Shown: positions 1-10,353 of the stretch, piece after piece | Layout of the letters: each line of letters starts with the position of its first letter | Position numbering within the stretch: the first letter of the stretch is position 1 | Source of the DNA: a virus | Length of the DNA: 64,000 nt | Direction: 5' to 3' (one strand) | Virus record (IMG/VR): IMGVR_UViG_3300020183_000010 | Notes under the pieces: generated by a model | Seen by the model: only the letters and a program-made list of their open reading frames with translations | The model's database searches: none | Told to the model about the DNA's origin: nothing | Made by a program: the position numbers and the translations under genes

Positions 1-2
1 GG

Positions 3-1214
3 ACCCCCAGGAAATCCCATACCTACCGCAGTTTGTTGTATTCTTATTTCAGGAGTTAAAAATTGTCCATAATCAGAACCAACGGATAAAATATTAGTCA
101 TTAGATCCAAAAATAAAAGCTTGGAATTAACCTCGCCTGCAGATCCCAATGTGTAATGAAAGTTTAATGTAAAAGGATTTGTACCTCCAGAAAATCCTTG
201 CTGTCTAACAGCTACCTGATTTACTGTATTTAGGTTAACGAATATTTTTTTAGAAAGCGGTCCCTCTGCAGTTACGGCCTCGTCTAAAAGAGCTCTTTCC
301 AACCTATTTATATTTTTTTCTGGAGCTATAATAGTACTAACTAAATTGTCTAATGCAGTTATATCATCTACTCCTAAAGTACTATTACTCCCACTAGTTA
401 TAGCGGCTTTTATTAAATCTCCATAAGGTGTATTCATTAAACCAGGATCACCTGTCTGTTCATTTTTTAAAGGCTCCTGTGTCTGTAGTCCAAAATTTAA
501 TCCAGTGTCTATTCCTAATATAGTATTAAGCGTATTTCCTGTATCTCCTCCAAAAAATGTAACAAGCTGGGCAACAGGAAGAGAAGTATTATTTTTTGCT
601 TCTATGTCCTGCAATGTACCCAATTGTTCAGATAATCCAGTAGAAACCTCATATTTTATTTTTTTGTCTTTCCCCTGTACAAAATCCCCTACTTTATCGT
701 TAGCAATTACCCTTAATGAATCTAGGGTTGGGTGGGCAAATCTTCTTAGAGTAATCATCCTATTATTAGGAATTACCCCATAGTATTTACAAAATATAAA
801 ATCTTTTACGTTGTATATCTGACCCCTAAAAGGACTTGCTGGGTTTAAATAATTAGGTATACCCCCTTGTCCTCCTGAAACTGTGTCTATTATCTGTTTT
901 GCAGTGGGATTCCTAGATCCCTTAGGTGTTATTTTTTCTAATCCGGAAGTGAGCTCAGATTGGTGATATTTAACTCTTTCAGTTCCCCCACCTAAAACAT
1001 AATAAGCGAAAAGACCTCTATATACACCATCGGATGTTGCCGCATCATAAAATAAACTCTTAGGTAGGTATCTTAATTCTGAAAGTTCATAAGTAGCAAA
1101 AGCTTTGTCACCTGGAAAAGCATATATCCCGCCAGGAAAGTATTGAACGTCAGAAACCGTAGTACCCGGTGATTCAATATTGTTTAATGTGTTTGGCCTA
1201 AATACTCTACTCAT
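3..1214 (-). CDS. Large hypothetical, probably structural, protein running off the left window edge (absent from the ORF track)
   Basis: ATG at 1214 reads MSRVFRPNTLNNIESPG...KDFIFCKYYGVIPNNRMITLRRFAHPTLD. I read it open for the first ~170 codons; its absence from the ORF track fits a frame with no stop inside the window. A GGTATATA late-type motif lies just upstream. Confidence 0.75.
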   Translation of the reverse strand, partial: MSRVFRPNTLNNIESPGTTVSDVQYFPGGIYAFPGDKAFATYELSELRYLPKSLFYDAATSDGVYRGLFAYYVLGGGTERVKYHQSELTSGLEKITPKGSRNPTAKQIIDTVSGGQGGIPNYLNPASPFRGQIYNVKDFIFCKYYGVIPNNRMITLRRFAHPTLDSLRVIANDKVGDFVQGKDKKIKYEVSTGLSEQLGTLQDIEAKNNTSLPVAQLVTFFGGDTGNTLNTILGIDTGLNFGLQTQEPLKNEQTGDPGLMNTPYGDLIKAAITSGSNSTLGVDDITALDNLVSTIIAPEKNINRLERALLDEAVTAEGPLSKKIFVNLNTVNQVAVRQQGFSGGTNPFTLNFHYTLGSAGEVNSKLLFLDLMTNILSVGSDYGQFLTPEIRIQQTAVGMGFPGG

Positions 1215-1233
1215 ATAGTATATACCTACTTTT

Positions 1234-1560
1234 TTATTCCTCTGTTAAAACAATATCGCAAAAATCATATTCTAGAATTTCTATGATTTTTTGTTTTAAA
1301 AGATCAATAAAAAGATCCGTAGGACTATCATAAACTATAACTAGTTTAGATCCAGTAGAAACTTTAGACTTGGAGCTTGTTATTTTTTTATGAAGCCATT
1401 CTTCAAAAATATATTGCCTTATTTCATTCATAGAGGATGGTGTAAGATTATTATTCTTAAACCATAAATTAACATCGATCACATGGAACGTATCACAGGA
1501 ATCCTGATTAAAGGTTTTTAACTTATCAGCTTTAGGAATTATAAAAGATTTACTCGACAC
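1234..1560 (-). CDS. Hypothetical protein
   Basis: 108-aa ORF (GTG start) in operon orientation; no recognised motif. Confidence 0.6.
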   Translation of the reverse strand: MSSKSFIIPKADKLKTFNQDSCDTFHVIDVNLWFKNNNLTPSSMNEIRQYIFEEWLHKKITSSKSKVSTGSKLVIVYDSPTDLFIDLLKQKIIEILEYDFCDIVLTEE

Positions 1561-1566
1561 TATAAA

Positions 1567-1734
1567 TCAATTATCTTTTTTTCTATTTCTTTGCTCAGTC
1601 AAATTTCTAAGCATAATAAGATTCCCCATTACCTTAGATCTCTCTTTAGACTCTTCGTTAATTTCTTTTTTCTTTCCAAGGAGCCCCATTTCTTTAGCCA
1701 TTCTCCTTCTTTCTTTTCTATTTGGTAGATTCAT
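1567..1734 (-). CDS. Small basic hypothetical protein, 55 aa (below the ORF-track cutoff)
   Basis: Manual translation MNLPNRKERRRMAKEMGLLGKKKEINEESKERSKVMGNLIMLRNLTEQRNRKKDN*. It fills the gap between two co-oriented genes. Confidence 0.65.
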   Translation of the reverse strand: MNLPNRKERRRMAKEMGLLGKKKEINEESKERSKVMGNLIMLRNLTEQRNRKKDN

Positions 1735-2281
1735 CTTCTTCCTCTTTACTGTTAAAAATATCTTTAAAAGTTTTTATGAATAGGGTGCTTACTAGAGAGT
1801 CTTCTAAATTCAAAGCCTCATCTATTGATACTAATTCGAATTTAGTATCTTTTTCTGATTTAGATCCGTCTGTTTTTTTCTCCCCTGATACTAATCCAGT
1901 AATATTTACTGCAAAACAAGGATTAGAATTAATTACCATTTTGGAAGTATATAAACTTCCTAAAAAACTCCATCTTTTGAGATCCTCTACAAGAAACCCG
2001 GACTCTTCCTCCATTTCTCTAACTGCAGTTTGATATATGTTAGAATCTTTATCGTCTTGTGATCCTGTTATAAGTGTCTTTGCCATACCTCCTGGTCTTT
2101 GGTCTAAAACCTCAGAGATTATTCCTATTTTATTAGGAAACCCCTCTTCGGTAAGAGTATAGGGCATTATTATAACACCGGGATTTATTTGTCGAATAAA
2201 TAGATGTCCGTCTATTTCTACGACCTCTCTATTCCTCGTTTTTTGTATTACCGTTTGATCCGCCTTTTCGTAAAGTTCCAT
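1718..2281 (-). CDS. NUDIX hydrolase
   Basis: Nudix box variant GSQDDKDSNIYQTAVREMEEESG. Confidence 0.8.
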   Translation of the reverse strand: MELYEKADQTVIQKTRNREVVEIDGHLFIRQINPGVIIMPYTLTEEGFPNKIGIISEVLDQRPGGMAKTLITGSQDDKDSNIYQTAVREMEEESGFLVEDLKRWSFLGSLYTSKMVINSNPCFAVNITGLVSGEKKTDGSKSEKDTKFELVSIDEALNLEDSLVSTLFIKTFKDIFNSKEEEDESTK

Positions 2282-2852
2282 TTGATTTATATATATCTTT
2301 TATATTTATCCTTAGGCTCTCTTTTATTATTTCGATGTCTAAGTCTCTAACAACAAATTCTATAATCTCCTCCTCAGCATCTTCAAAAGAAGAGGTAAGA
2401 ACATTGTAAAGACTTTTCGTTGGTAAATTTAGCTTAAGGTTTATTCCAACCTCCACCCAATTGGGTTTTTGTTTTTGTAAAAGAGAAACTATAGGATTTT
2501 CCAAATCTGGAACTTTAGCTTTAGATTCGGAAAGCATTACATTTTTAATAGGTAGATTGCTTTGTACTACTGGCTCATTATGGACAATAGATGATGAATC
2601 TATCTGCATCATATATTCATTTAACAAAGAATAATTTATTCTAGTTCCGCCTTTAAAGTTTATCCATAAAATTCCTGTAGTAGGGTCTTTAAAAACGCTT
2701 TCATATTCACAAACAGTACCTGAGTTATCTCCCTTTGTCCATTTATAAAGAAACGGTTTAAGTTCTCTGTCGAGTGTTTCAACATCTATCTCTTCTATGT
2801 TTTCCATATTATCCTTTTTTCTTTTTAATATTCTTTTTAGGAGATTCCACAT
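2229..2852 (-). CDS. Hypothetical protein (probable true start 2807, MENIEE)
   Basis: 207-aa ORF; the ATG at 2807 follows directly after the upstream gene's stop. Confidence 0.65.
   Translation of the reverse strand: MWNLLKRILKRKKDNMENIEEIDVETLDRELKPFLYKWTKGDNSGTVCEYESVFKDPTTGILWINFKGGTRINYSLLNEYMMQIDSSSIVHNEPVVQSNLPIKNVMLSESKAKVPDLENPIVSLLQKQKPNWVEVGINLKLNLPTKSLYNVLTSSFEDAEEEIIEFVVRDLDIEIIKESLRINIKDIYKSNGTLRKGGSNGNTKNEE
2290..2297 (-). promoter_or_regulatory. GATATATA late-type promoter motif
   Basis: 8 nt before the NUDIX ATG; the same octamer recurs before many structural genes. Confidence 0.55.
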
Positions 2853-3072
2853 CCTCTATTGTTTTTATCTTTGTAAATCCCTCTCTTTCTAATGTCGAAA
2901 GCCAAGCATTTAAATCTTTCTCTATTATCCAAGTTTCTTCATATCTCGTGCTTCCAAAACTATTTATTATGAGTATATTATCCATATAGGAAGTTTTATG
3001 TCTGGTTATCTCTACATAGGTCTTGCCTTTTTCTTTAGAAATAACCATTTTATAGCCTTTCTCTATACTCAT
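2809..3072 (-). CDS. Hypothetical protein
   Basis: 87-aa ORF preceded by a GAAATC-N16-CTATAA motif. Confidence 0.6.
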   Translation of the reverse strand: MSIEKGYKMVISKEKGKTYVEITRHKTSYMDNILIINSFGSTRYEETWIIEKDLNAWLSTLEREGFTKIKTIEDVESPKKNIKKKKG

Positions 3073-3112
3073 AATATATTTTATAGGTACTTATCTATAA
3101 ATGATTTCAAAA

Positions 3113-3733
3113 CTAAACAGTTTTATAAGCAGGATAGATTTCTAAAAATTCTTCGGGGCTTACTAAATATAGTATTTGATGTCTATTTAAAGTAAAATAA
3201 TCCCATGTAGTAGCTTCACTAGGAAAAACATTCAACGTTTCACTTATACCTCTAGTTAAGATTCCTACTCCCCAATCTGTATCAACAGTTACAAGTTTTA
3301 AATCATTCTTATATAGGCGCAGCTTTATTAATGAAAGATAAACAGTTCCGTTCCAATTTCCGTTTGCAGGAGCAGTAAAAACAGGGCTTTCCGCTGCGTG
3401 GTGTTTAGTAGGGGGATTACAATCATGTAAAACTATAGTACCGTTTTCTGATAGATGTTTTAAAGAATTTTCAATATCTTTATCTACTTGGTGGTCCAGG
3501 TGTAGACCATCAATAAAAATGATATCAAATTTCTGATCCTCTTTTATTCTCTCAAAAAAAGAATCAGACGTCATAACATGTGTTGTGTGAGAAGATACCG
3601 GGGCAGGATCTACACCAATTTTATTTTCACAACAAATTTCTTTAAAGCATTCTCCGTCTCTTACTCCAATTTCAAGATAATTTTTATATCCCTTAGCTTC
3701 GATTATTCTGTTTATTATATCGTATCTAGTCAT
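3113..3733 (-). CDS. Class I SAM-dependent methyltransferase (Methyltransf_24-like)
   Basis: YLEIGV, IGVDP, FDIIFIDGLH and IVLHD motifs. Confidence 0.85.
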   Translation of the reverse strand: MTRYDIINRIIEAKGYKNYLEIGVRDGECFKEICCENKIGVDPAPVSSHTTHVMTSDSFFERIKEDQKFDIIFIDGLHLDHQVDKDIENSLKHLSENGTIVLHDCNPPTKHHAAESPVFTAPANGNWNGTVYLSLIKLRLYKNDLKLVTVDTDWGVGILTRGISETLNVFPSEATTWDYFTLNRHQILYLVSPEEFLEIYPAYKTV

Positions 3734-3742
3734 AATTATATT

Positions 3743-4453
3743 TTATAAATTCCATTTTTGTTTAAATATAGGGTAAGAACCACTAGTCATATTATACATA
3801 GTTTGTTGGTCTTTAACCACCCTTTCTGTTGTTTTTCCTATGTTCTTATCATGATGAACAACTATAGAATTAGTAACCAATATGTGTCTAATCCTATTTT
3901 TCATTAATTCCATGGAGTAGTCATTATCACAAAACCAATGGTGAAATCTCTCGTCTAAATCTCCTATAATATCATAGATCTCTCTCTTGTGTACTATACA
4001 CCATCCAGATATTTGCTTTCTTATTTCGTATCCTTCAATCAGGCCAACGTTTTCATTTATTCCGTACAGTGACTGTGTCCTAGGACACAAAGGAGAGAAA
4101 GATAAATAATCAGGCACTACAGAAGAAGCTTCTAATATATTAGTAAACCATTTATTTTTAAACTCCAAATCATTGTTACAAAGTGCTACCCAAGGAGAAC
4201 TTCCTTTTTTTCTTCCGAAGTTTAAAAATTTATGATATCCATAAGGAAGTGGAGCCTCGTAAGTAGATACATTTACTGCCATCCAATCCCAATTAACCCC
4301 TGCCTCAGATTCAACAACTATTATATTAAAATCATCTACAGCATTTTCCTCTGAATTAAGCAGGGAGAATATACAATTCTTGGTTAGATCCTTACAGTAA
4401 TCATCTTTAGCATAACTAACTATAACAACGTCTAATATTTTATTATCTCGCAT
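3743..4453 (-). CDS. GT2-type glycosyltransferase
   Basis: DVVIVSY start, LCNND, GDLDERFHHWFCDND motifs. Confidence 0.8.
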   Translation of the reverse strand: MRDNKILDVVIVSYAKDDYCKDLTKNCIFSLLNSEENAVDDFNIIVVESEAGVNWDWMAVNVSTYEAPLPYGYHKFLNFGRKKGSSPWVALCNNDLEFKNKWFTNILEASSVVPDYLSFSPLCPRTQSLYGINENVGLIEGYEIRKQISGWCIVHKREIYDIIGDLDERFHHWFCDNDYSMELMKNRIRHILVTNSIVVHHDKNIGKTTERVVKDQQTMYNMTSGSYPIFKQKWNL

Positions 4454-5246
4454 CGTAAATTTTTCTAGCTTTTCCTATTATACTTTCTAAATTAGAAAGC
4501 TCTAACATATTTTCGGAATCAGATGGAGAAAGATGCGGATACGGATGTGTTTCTATAAATAATCCGTCAGCATCCATAGCTGCACCGAATCTAACCATGT
4601 CCTCTATTAAATCACTCCTCCCTTCGGTTTTTCCGTGTATTCCATTAGGTCTTTGCAAACTGTGAGTACAGTCCATTATTATTTTAGATCTATTACAAGA
4701 TTTTTTTAATCTAGATATAGAAGTTGCATCAACTATTAAATCATTATAGCCAAAGCTGTTGCCTCTCTCGCCTATCATTAATTCTTTCCCCCCAAACTTA
4801 TAAAACTTATCCTCTATAAATCTACAAGCCTCTGGGGATAAAAACTGTCCTTTTTTAATTAAAACAGAGAGTCCTGTTCTAGCACACTCTTCTATAAGAT
4901 CCGTTTGTCTACAAAGAAAAGAAGGAATCTGTAAATAATCAACCACTTCGGAAACTCTTTCGACTTGAGTGGTTTCATGAACATCCGTTATAATATTAAT
5001 ATTTAATCGTTCCTTTATTTTTCTTAAAACTTCTAATCCTTTTTCTAGACCTATTCCTCTGTATCCCTCAGCCGAGGTTCTGTTAGCTTTATCAAAGCTA
5101 GCCTTAAAGATTGGATAAAAATTATGTAAAAGCCCACACCTCCTAACTTCACTAGCTATCTCAAAACAAGTATCCCAGCTTTGAATAACACAAGGCCCCC
5201 CAATAAGTATTCTAGTTTTTTGATTTACGACCGAGATATCCACCAT
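4443..5246 (-). CDS. kdsA: 3-deoxy-D-manno-octulosonate 8-phosphate (KDO8P) synthase
   Basis: GPCVI, FKASFDKANRTS, TDVHE, QIPSFLCRQTDL, KKGQFL, ERGNSFGYNDL, DCTHSLQ, FIETHP. Confidence 0.95.
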   Translation of the reverse strand: MVDISVVNQKTRILIGGPCVIQSWDTCFEIASEVRRCGLLHNFYPIFKASFDKANRTSAEGYRGIGLEKGLEVLRKIKERLNINIITDVHETTQVERVSEVVDYLQIPSFLCRQTDLIEECARTGLSVLIKKGQFLSPEACRFIEDKFYKFGGKELMIGERGNSFGYNDLIVDATSISRLKKSCNRSKIIMDCTHSLQRPNGIHGKTEGRSDLIEDMVRFGAAMDADGLFIETHPYPHLSPSDSENMLELSNLESIIGKARKIYDAR

Positions 5247-5790
5247 GGTGAAGCTTTGAATATTTTTCTTTGTTAAAATTGTTACTCCTCATCAGACCAA
5301 CAACTATCAAATCTGATATCACAGACATACAGGTGGTTGATGTAGTAGGGGTTAATCCCATGGGACATATTTCTTCTACTGGGCCAAACTCTATATAGTC
5401 TGCACATTTTATAGATATATCTTCCGTTTTGGTTCCAACGATAGCGTATATGTAATTGTTGTATCCTAGATTATGAATTAGATCTATTAGTTCTATAACC
5501 TCTCTAGTCTTACCTGAATTACTAAAAACTATAATTATATCACCAGGCTGTATTATTCCCAAATCTCCGTGTTGAGCTTCTGAGGGATGTAAAAAGAAAG
5601 CTGGGGTTCCTGTAGAAGAAAGAGTTGTTGCAAAAGTGTGAGCTATTTGTCCAGCCTTACCCATTCCAGAAGTAATTATCCTACCAGAAGTTAAATTCCA
5701 ATGTATGTGTCTAATAATATCACCTACCCTTTCGACTGGTATTTTTCTCAGAGCTTCTATTTCTTTTTCTATCAGTGAATTATAATTCAT
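5212..5790 (-). CDS. kdsD: Arabinose-5-phosphate isomerase, single SIS domain without CBS domains
   Basis: [54 protein letters not shown]; the protein ends before any CBS pair. Confidence 0.9.
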   Translation of the reverse strand: MNYNSLIEKEIEALRKIPVERVGDIIRHIHWNLTSGRIITSGMGKAGQIAHTFATTLSSTGTPAFFLHPSEAQHGDLGIIQPGDIIIVFSNSGKTREVIELIDLIHNLGYNNYIYAIVGTKTEDISIKCADYIEFGPVEEICPMGLTPTTSTTCMSVISDLIVVGLMRSNNFNKEKYSKLHHGGYLGRKSKN

Positions 5791-6802
5791 ATGATTTTAT
5801 TTTATCGTCTATCATTTCATCTATTATATTAGATAGAGAGAGTTTTGGTTCCCATCCTAATATTTTTTTAGCCTCTGTGGCATCACCTATTAATAGGTCA
5901 ACTTCCGATGGTCTAAAGTATTTAGGATCAATCTCAACTATTTTTTTACCATCCTTTTTTCTAATACCAATTTCATCAGTACCTTCTCCTTCAAAATAAA
6001 TCTCCATTCCTAGCTTAGATGCAGACATCTCTACTATTTCTCTTATCGTGTAAGAAACTCCTGTTGCTAATACGAAATCCGTGGGGGATTCTTGTTGAAG
6101 CATCCTCCACATACCTTCTACATACTCTTTAGCATGTCCAATATCTCTTGAGGAGTTTAGGTTTCCTAATTTCAATATCTCACTCTTACTAAGTTTAATA
6201 TCAGCCAGTCCATCAACAATCTTTTTTTCTACAAAGTTTTCTCCTCTCCTTGGTGAAGTATGGTTAAAAAGAATCCCGTTACAAGCAAATATATTATAAG
6301 CTTCCCTGTAGTTTTTTATTATCCAAAATCCGTAAAGTTTTGCTACTCCATAAGGACTTCTAGGATAAAAGGGGGTTTTTTCAGTTTGTGGAATCTCTTG
6401 AACCTTACCATAAAGTTCAGAAGTTGAAGCTTGATAGAGTTTAGTACTAGGAGAATGAGTTCTTATCGCTTCTAATACATTTAAAGTCCCTATAGCATCA
6501 ACCTGACCTGTATAATAAGGTATTTCAAAAGAAATCTTAACATGACTCTGTGCAGCTAAGTTATAGAATTCATCAGGTTTGATATTGGATATTAAATTAC
6601 TAATAGAAACAGGATCAGTTACATCAGCATAGTGCCACTTAAACATTGGATTATTTCTAATATGATCTATTCTCCACGTATTAAAAGAAGAAGACCTTCT
6701 AATTGTACCGTGAACCTCGTAACCCTTATCTAAGAGAAGTTCCGCTAGGTATGATCCATCTTGACCATTAACACCAGTTATAATTGCTCTTTTAATTGAC
6801 AT
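5780..6802 (-). CDS. gmd: GDP-mannose 4,6-dehydratase
   Basis: [51 protein letters not shown]. Confidence 0.97.
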   Translation of the reverse strand: MSIKRAIITGVNGQDGSYLAELLLDKGYEVHGTIRRSSSFNTWRIDHIRNNPMFKWHYADVTDPVSISNLISNIKPDEFYNLAAQSHVKISFEIPYYTGQVDAIGTLNVLEAIRTHSPSTKLYQASTSELYGKVQEIPQTEKTPFYPRSPYGVAKLYGFWIIKNYREAYNIFACNGILFNHTSPRRGENFVEKKIVDGLADIKLSKSEILKLGNLNSSRDIGHAKEYVEGMWRMLQQESPTDFVLATGVSYTIREIVEMSASKLGMEIYFEGEGTDEIGIRKKDGKKIVEIDPKYFRPSEVDLLIGDATEAKKILGWEPKLSLSNIIDEMIDDKIKSYEL

Positions 6803-7722
6803 ATTGTATTTTTATAATAATCATAAGTTTTTTCAACCCCCTCCCTTATTCCAGTTTTAGGTCTCCATCCGGTTTCAAAAATTTTAGATACGTCCATTAC
6901 CTTTCTGTACGTTCCGTCGGGATATTTGTAATTGAATTTTATCTTTCCTCCATATCCCACAACTTCTGATATTAACAAAGAAAGATCTAATATTGAGATA
7001 TCACTTCCTGATCCAACATTTATAATATCATCAGAGGAATAATTTTCAGATAAATGAATTAAAGCTTCAGCTAGATCTTCAATGTATAAGAATTCTCTCA
7101 TAGGTTTTCCAGATCCCCATATTTCAACATAGCTAGAATCATTCTCTTTTGCTTCATGAAATTTTCTTATTAGGGCTGGTAGAACGTGGCTTGTTTGTAA
7201 ATCAAAATTGTCTCCAGGACCATATAAATTACAAGGCATTACTGATATGTAATCGTTTCCGTATTGCTGTCTATAAGATTGACACATCTTAATACCAGCA
7301 ATCTTAGCAATAGCATAGGCATCGTTGGTTGGTTCTAGATGTCCAGTCATTAAATATTCCTCCTTTATAGGAATTTGGGATTCCTTGGGATATATGCAAG
7401 AGGACCCCAGAAATACTAATTTTTTGACGTTGGATAGATGGCATGCTTCTATAACATTAGTTTGTATTTTTAAATTACTAGTTATAAAATCTGCCTTATA
7501 ATCGTTATTAGCTTTTATACCTCCAACTTTAGCAGCACACATAAAAACCAGATCCGGCTTATTCTTAATAAAATATCCGATAACTTGTGATCTATCCTCC
7601 AAATCCAATGTATATCTTTTTGGTGATAGTATATTAGAATCTGGATATTTCTCTCTATATTTTTTATATAGATTAGATCCCACAAGTCCATTGGATCCTA
7701 ATATCAATACTTTATTCTCCAT
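6778..7722 (-). CDS. fcl: GDP-L-fucose synthase
   Basis: [59 protein letters not shown]. Confidence 0.95.
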   Translation of the reverse strand: MENKVLILGSNGLVGSNLYKKYREKYPDSNILSPKRYTLDLEDRSQVIGYFIKNKPDLVFMCAAKVGGIKANNDYKADFITSNLKIQTNVIEACHLSNVKKLVFLGSSCIYPKESQIPIKEEYLMTGHLEPTNDAYAIAKIAGIKMCQSYRQQYGNDYISVMPCNLYGPGDNFDLQTSHVLPALIRKFHEAKENDSSYVEIWGSGKPMREFLYIEDLAEALIHLSENYSSDDIINVGSGSDISILDLSLLISEVVGYGGKIKFNYKYPDGTYRKVMDVSKIFETGWRPKTGIREGVEKTYDYYKNTICQLKEQL

Positions 7723-7728
7723 GTAATT

Positions 7729-7755
7729 TTATAGAACAAAATAATATTTAGTTCC
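7729..7755 (-). promoter_or_regulatory. Bipartite promoter-like motif GGAAC-N16-CTATAA upstream of fcl
   Basis: The same architecture recurs at several operon heads. Confidence 0.55.
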
Positions 7756-7801
7756 ACTCAAAATAAAAGTAATATATAGTATAGCAAAAAAAGAAAATGA
7801 A

Positions 7802-8392
7802 ATGAAGGAGGTTCTAAAAAAAGCAATAGAAAAAAATTCAAATTTTAACTTCTATCAAACAATAGATTTTAAGGGCGAAGTTATAAAGAAAGGAATAAGG
7901 GTACAGGATAGAAGAAATTATGTAGATCTAGAGGATATACTAAATAAAAAGATAGTTGATTTTGGTGCTTCGACTGGAGCAGAGGGAATATGGGCAATAT
8001 CAATGGGAGCGGAGTCTGTTGATATGATAGAGAAAGAAACAGAGCAATGCAAAATAATAGGGGATTTCATAGACGAAATACAAAAAACAGATTACAAAGA
8101 TAAACTATTTCTACATAGTCATAATCTTTTAGAAGGTATTCCGGAAAAAATCAAAGATAAAAAATTCGACACAGCTTTTTGTTACGCTATATTACAGTAC
8201 ATAAAATATAGAAAAATATGGAAAGAGCTATCAGACGTAAAAACAATATACTTAGAAACAGGTTCAGATGCTCATATGTCAGAAGATATATTAAGTTACG
8301 AAGATTTTATTGCTAATAAAATATGTATCATAGAAGAAACAATAAACAACATCAATTACAGGAGAGCTCTTTACAAGATAGTGAGAAGATAA
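7802..8392 (+). CDS. Putative SAM-dependent methyltransferase, opposite strand to its cluster
   Basis: IVDFGASTG glycine-rich motif I, acidic residue at MIE, FDTAFC. Confidence 0.65.
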   Translation: MKEVLKKAIEKNSNFNFYQTIDFKGEVIKKGIRVQDRRNYVDLEDILNKKIVDFGASTGAEGIWAISMGAESVDMIEKETEQCKIIGDFIDEIQKTDYKDKLFLHSHNLLEGIPEKIKDKKFDTAFCYAILQYIKYRKIWKELSDVKTIYLETGSDAHMSEDILSYEDFIANKICIIEETINNINYRRALYKIVRR

Positions 8393-9087
8393 ATCGCGAT
8401 TTTTTAATAATAAATAAGATGTCTCTCCTAACTTATAAGGTTAGTAGTAAATTAGATAATAAAAAAATTGAAATAATAAAAAACTACGAAGGTAGATTTA
8501 ATAATATTTCAGTATACAACGAGATGGTTTATTATTTATTTGCTGAATTTATATTAAAAAAAGCAAGAATAAAGAATACCATACCAAAAAGAGAAATATT
8601 AAATCCTCCTTTGAATTTATGGAAAGGCAGACACAAAAAAAAGATACAATCAGTATCATGTTTAATTGAATATCTCGGAGATCATTCTAGGGTAACCATG
8701 GAAAACGAAAAAAAATATACATCCGCTTTTCCCTATTGGATTTATTTTATAGATGTATGGCTTGGTAGACTAGACTGTAACGGTGATTCCAATATGATAT
8801 ACACTTCAGAAAGAAAAGTAATCCCTATAGACTTTAATTTAATTTGCACATGGTACGATAGAGATCATCCTTGGTTTATAGATCATAAAACATTCAATTT
8901 CGAACATTTTATAAAAATAAAAAATAAAAAAAATTACAGGATACTTAAAATAATAAAGAAGATTAAGGAAAGTAAAATAAGAGAGATATTAAACATCCCC
9001 GATCCGGATCACAAAATAATCCCTCTAGATATAAAGGAAAAATATCTAGAGGGACTCTTATATAGGAGAGACAATTTATTAATTTAA
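8323..9087 (+). CDS. HipA/CtkA/PI4K-like atypical kinase-fold protein (probable start 8419)
   Basis: NEMVYYLFAE...IP, IDVWLGRLDCNGDSN, IPIDFN and C-terminal LLYRRDNL resemble the HipA-like kinase pattern. Confidence 0.5.
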   Translation: MYHRRNNKQHQLQESSLQDSEKINRDFLIINKMSLLTYKVSSKLDNKKIEIIKNYEGRFNNISVYNEMVYYLFAEFILKKARIKNTIPKREILNPPLNLWKGRHKKKIQSVSCLIEYLGDHSRVTMENEKKYTSAFPYWIYFIDVWLGRLDCNGDSNMIYTSERKVIPIDFNLICTWYDRDHPWFIDHKTFNFEHFIKIKNKKNYRILKIIKKIKESKIREILNIPDPDHKIIPLDIKEKYLEGLLYRRDNLLI

Positions 9088-9770
9088 TATACCGACATAG
9101 ATTTATTACTAGGTCTATGTCCTCTTATCATACGAATTTCCGATAATTCATATTTTTTAAAATAATCGGATAAATCTTTCCTACAATAAAAAAGATTTAA
9201 GCATTCTGTATATCCCACTAAAACATAGCCTTTCTTTTCAGCTAACTTATTAAATGCACCAGGGGTAGCTCCAAAAAAATCGTCATCCTCATGCCTGTGA
9301 TTTTTATCATAAGGAATGGTCAAAGAATCCTCTGTTGGAAAATTGGAATTATATTCTACTATAACTAATTTAGGAGAATAATTCTCTAAAGAATCCCATA
9401 TCCATAGATCATTCCCATCAACATCTATAGATAATAGATCAATATCTACAGGGGCTGGTGTTTTAGCTATTATCTCATCAAGTTTTTCTCCATCCTCGCA
9501 GGATACATATTTTTCAAAAGAATATATGTTAGGATCATTCCCAAAATTTTTATCAAGCTGATAAAAAAATTCGGGATTTCCTTCTATTAATATGCCCTTC
9601 CAATTTTTTTCTCTAAGACACCTTGTATTAGGAACCATATTTCCATCAGTTGCCCCAAATTCACAATACCAACCTTTTTCTATACCTAAAACAGAAAAAA
9701 ACTTTTCTATAATACCGTCTTCACCATCTTGGGAATAAATTCTTTTTTTATATAAATTTAAATCTATCAT
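9084..9770 (-). CDS. FkbM-like methyltransferase
   Basis: YSQDGEDGII, EFGATDG, WKGILIE, DLLSIDVDGND, IVEYN. Confidence 0.8.
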   Translation of the reverse strand: MIDLNLYKKRIYSQDGEDGIIEKFFSVLGIEKGWYCEFGATDGNMVPNTRCLREKNWKGILIEGNPEFFYQLDKNFGNDPNIYSFEKYVSCEDGEKLDEIIAKTPAPVDIDLLSIDVDGNDLWIWDSLENYSPKLVIVEYNSNFPTEDSLTIPYDKNHRHEDDDFFGATPGAFNKLAEKKGYVLVGYTECLNLFYCRKDLSDYFKKYELSEIRMIRGHRPSNKSMSVY

Positions 9771-9778
9771 ATAATTTA

Positions 9779-10351
9779 TTATTTAGGAAATATAAAAACA
9801 CAGCCTCTCATTGCTCCGGTGGCCTCAGTGTTATACTCTTTTCTGTACCCCTTTTTTCCATAAATGTCCTCTATATATTTTTCGATCCATTCCCAATTAT
9901 ATATAATATCCTGCTCTGGATATATGTCATATCCAAATTCTGGGTGATCAGGTACCATGAAGTCATGTATTGCAAGTATAGGTTTTTTTCCAGATTCTTT
10001 TATTGCTACTAATTCGTTAAGAACAGGATTAGTGTACCAATGTGCATCAAGAAAGATTATAGTATTAGAATCATCCACTAAAGGTAATACTTCTTTCAAA
10101 AAAGCAGGGCTATCTTGTAATTTTCTAGTTACATTTCTAAGATTTCCCATGTTTTCACCAGATTCTTTAAAATAAGTTTCATTGCATTCTACAGTGTATA
10201 CTTTATTAAAATTTTTAGAAAACCATATTGTAGTTGCTCCGTGAAATGTTCCAGTCTCTATGACAGTATCTAAATTATTGTCATTCTTGATTTTTAAAAA
10301 CTTCGCTTCTAAATATGTGTCAGCATTAAAAGGTGTTAATTTTTTTTCCAT
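9779..10351 (-). CDS. Putative class I methyltransferase
   Basis: IETGTFHG, VYTVE, DS, FLDAH, AIHD. Confidence 0.7.
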   Translation of the reverse strand: MEKKLTPFNADTYLEAKFLKIKNDNNLDTVIETGTFHGATTIWFSKNFNKVYTVECNETYFKESGENMGNLRNVTRKLQDSPAFLKEVLPLVDDSNTIIFLDAHWYTNPVLNELVAIKESGKKPILAIHDFMVPDHPEFGYDIYPEQDIIYNWEWIEKYIEDIYGKKGYRKEYNTEATGAMRGCVFIFPK

Positions 10352-10353
10352 TT

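Noticed and set aside
5212-5790. SIS protein as GmhA supplying heptose for the BAHT domain
   Set aside because: Its motifs (HGDLG, CP.GL.PT.ST, H.GG.LG) and adjacency to kdsA fit KdsD/GutQ, not GmhA.
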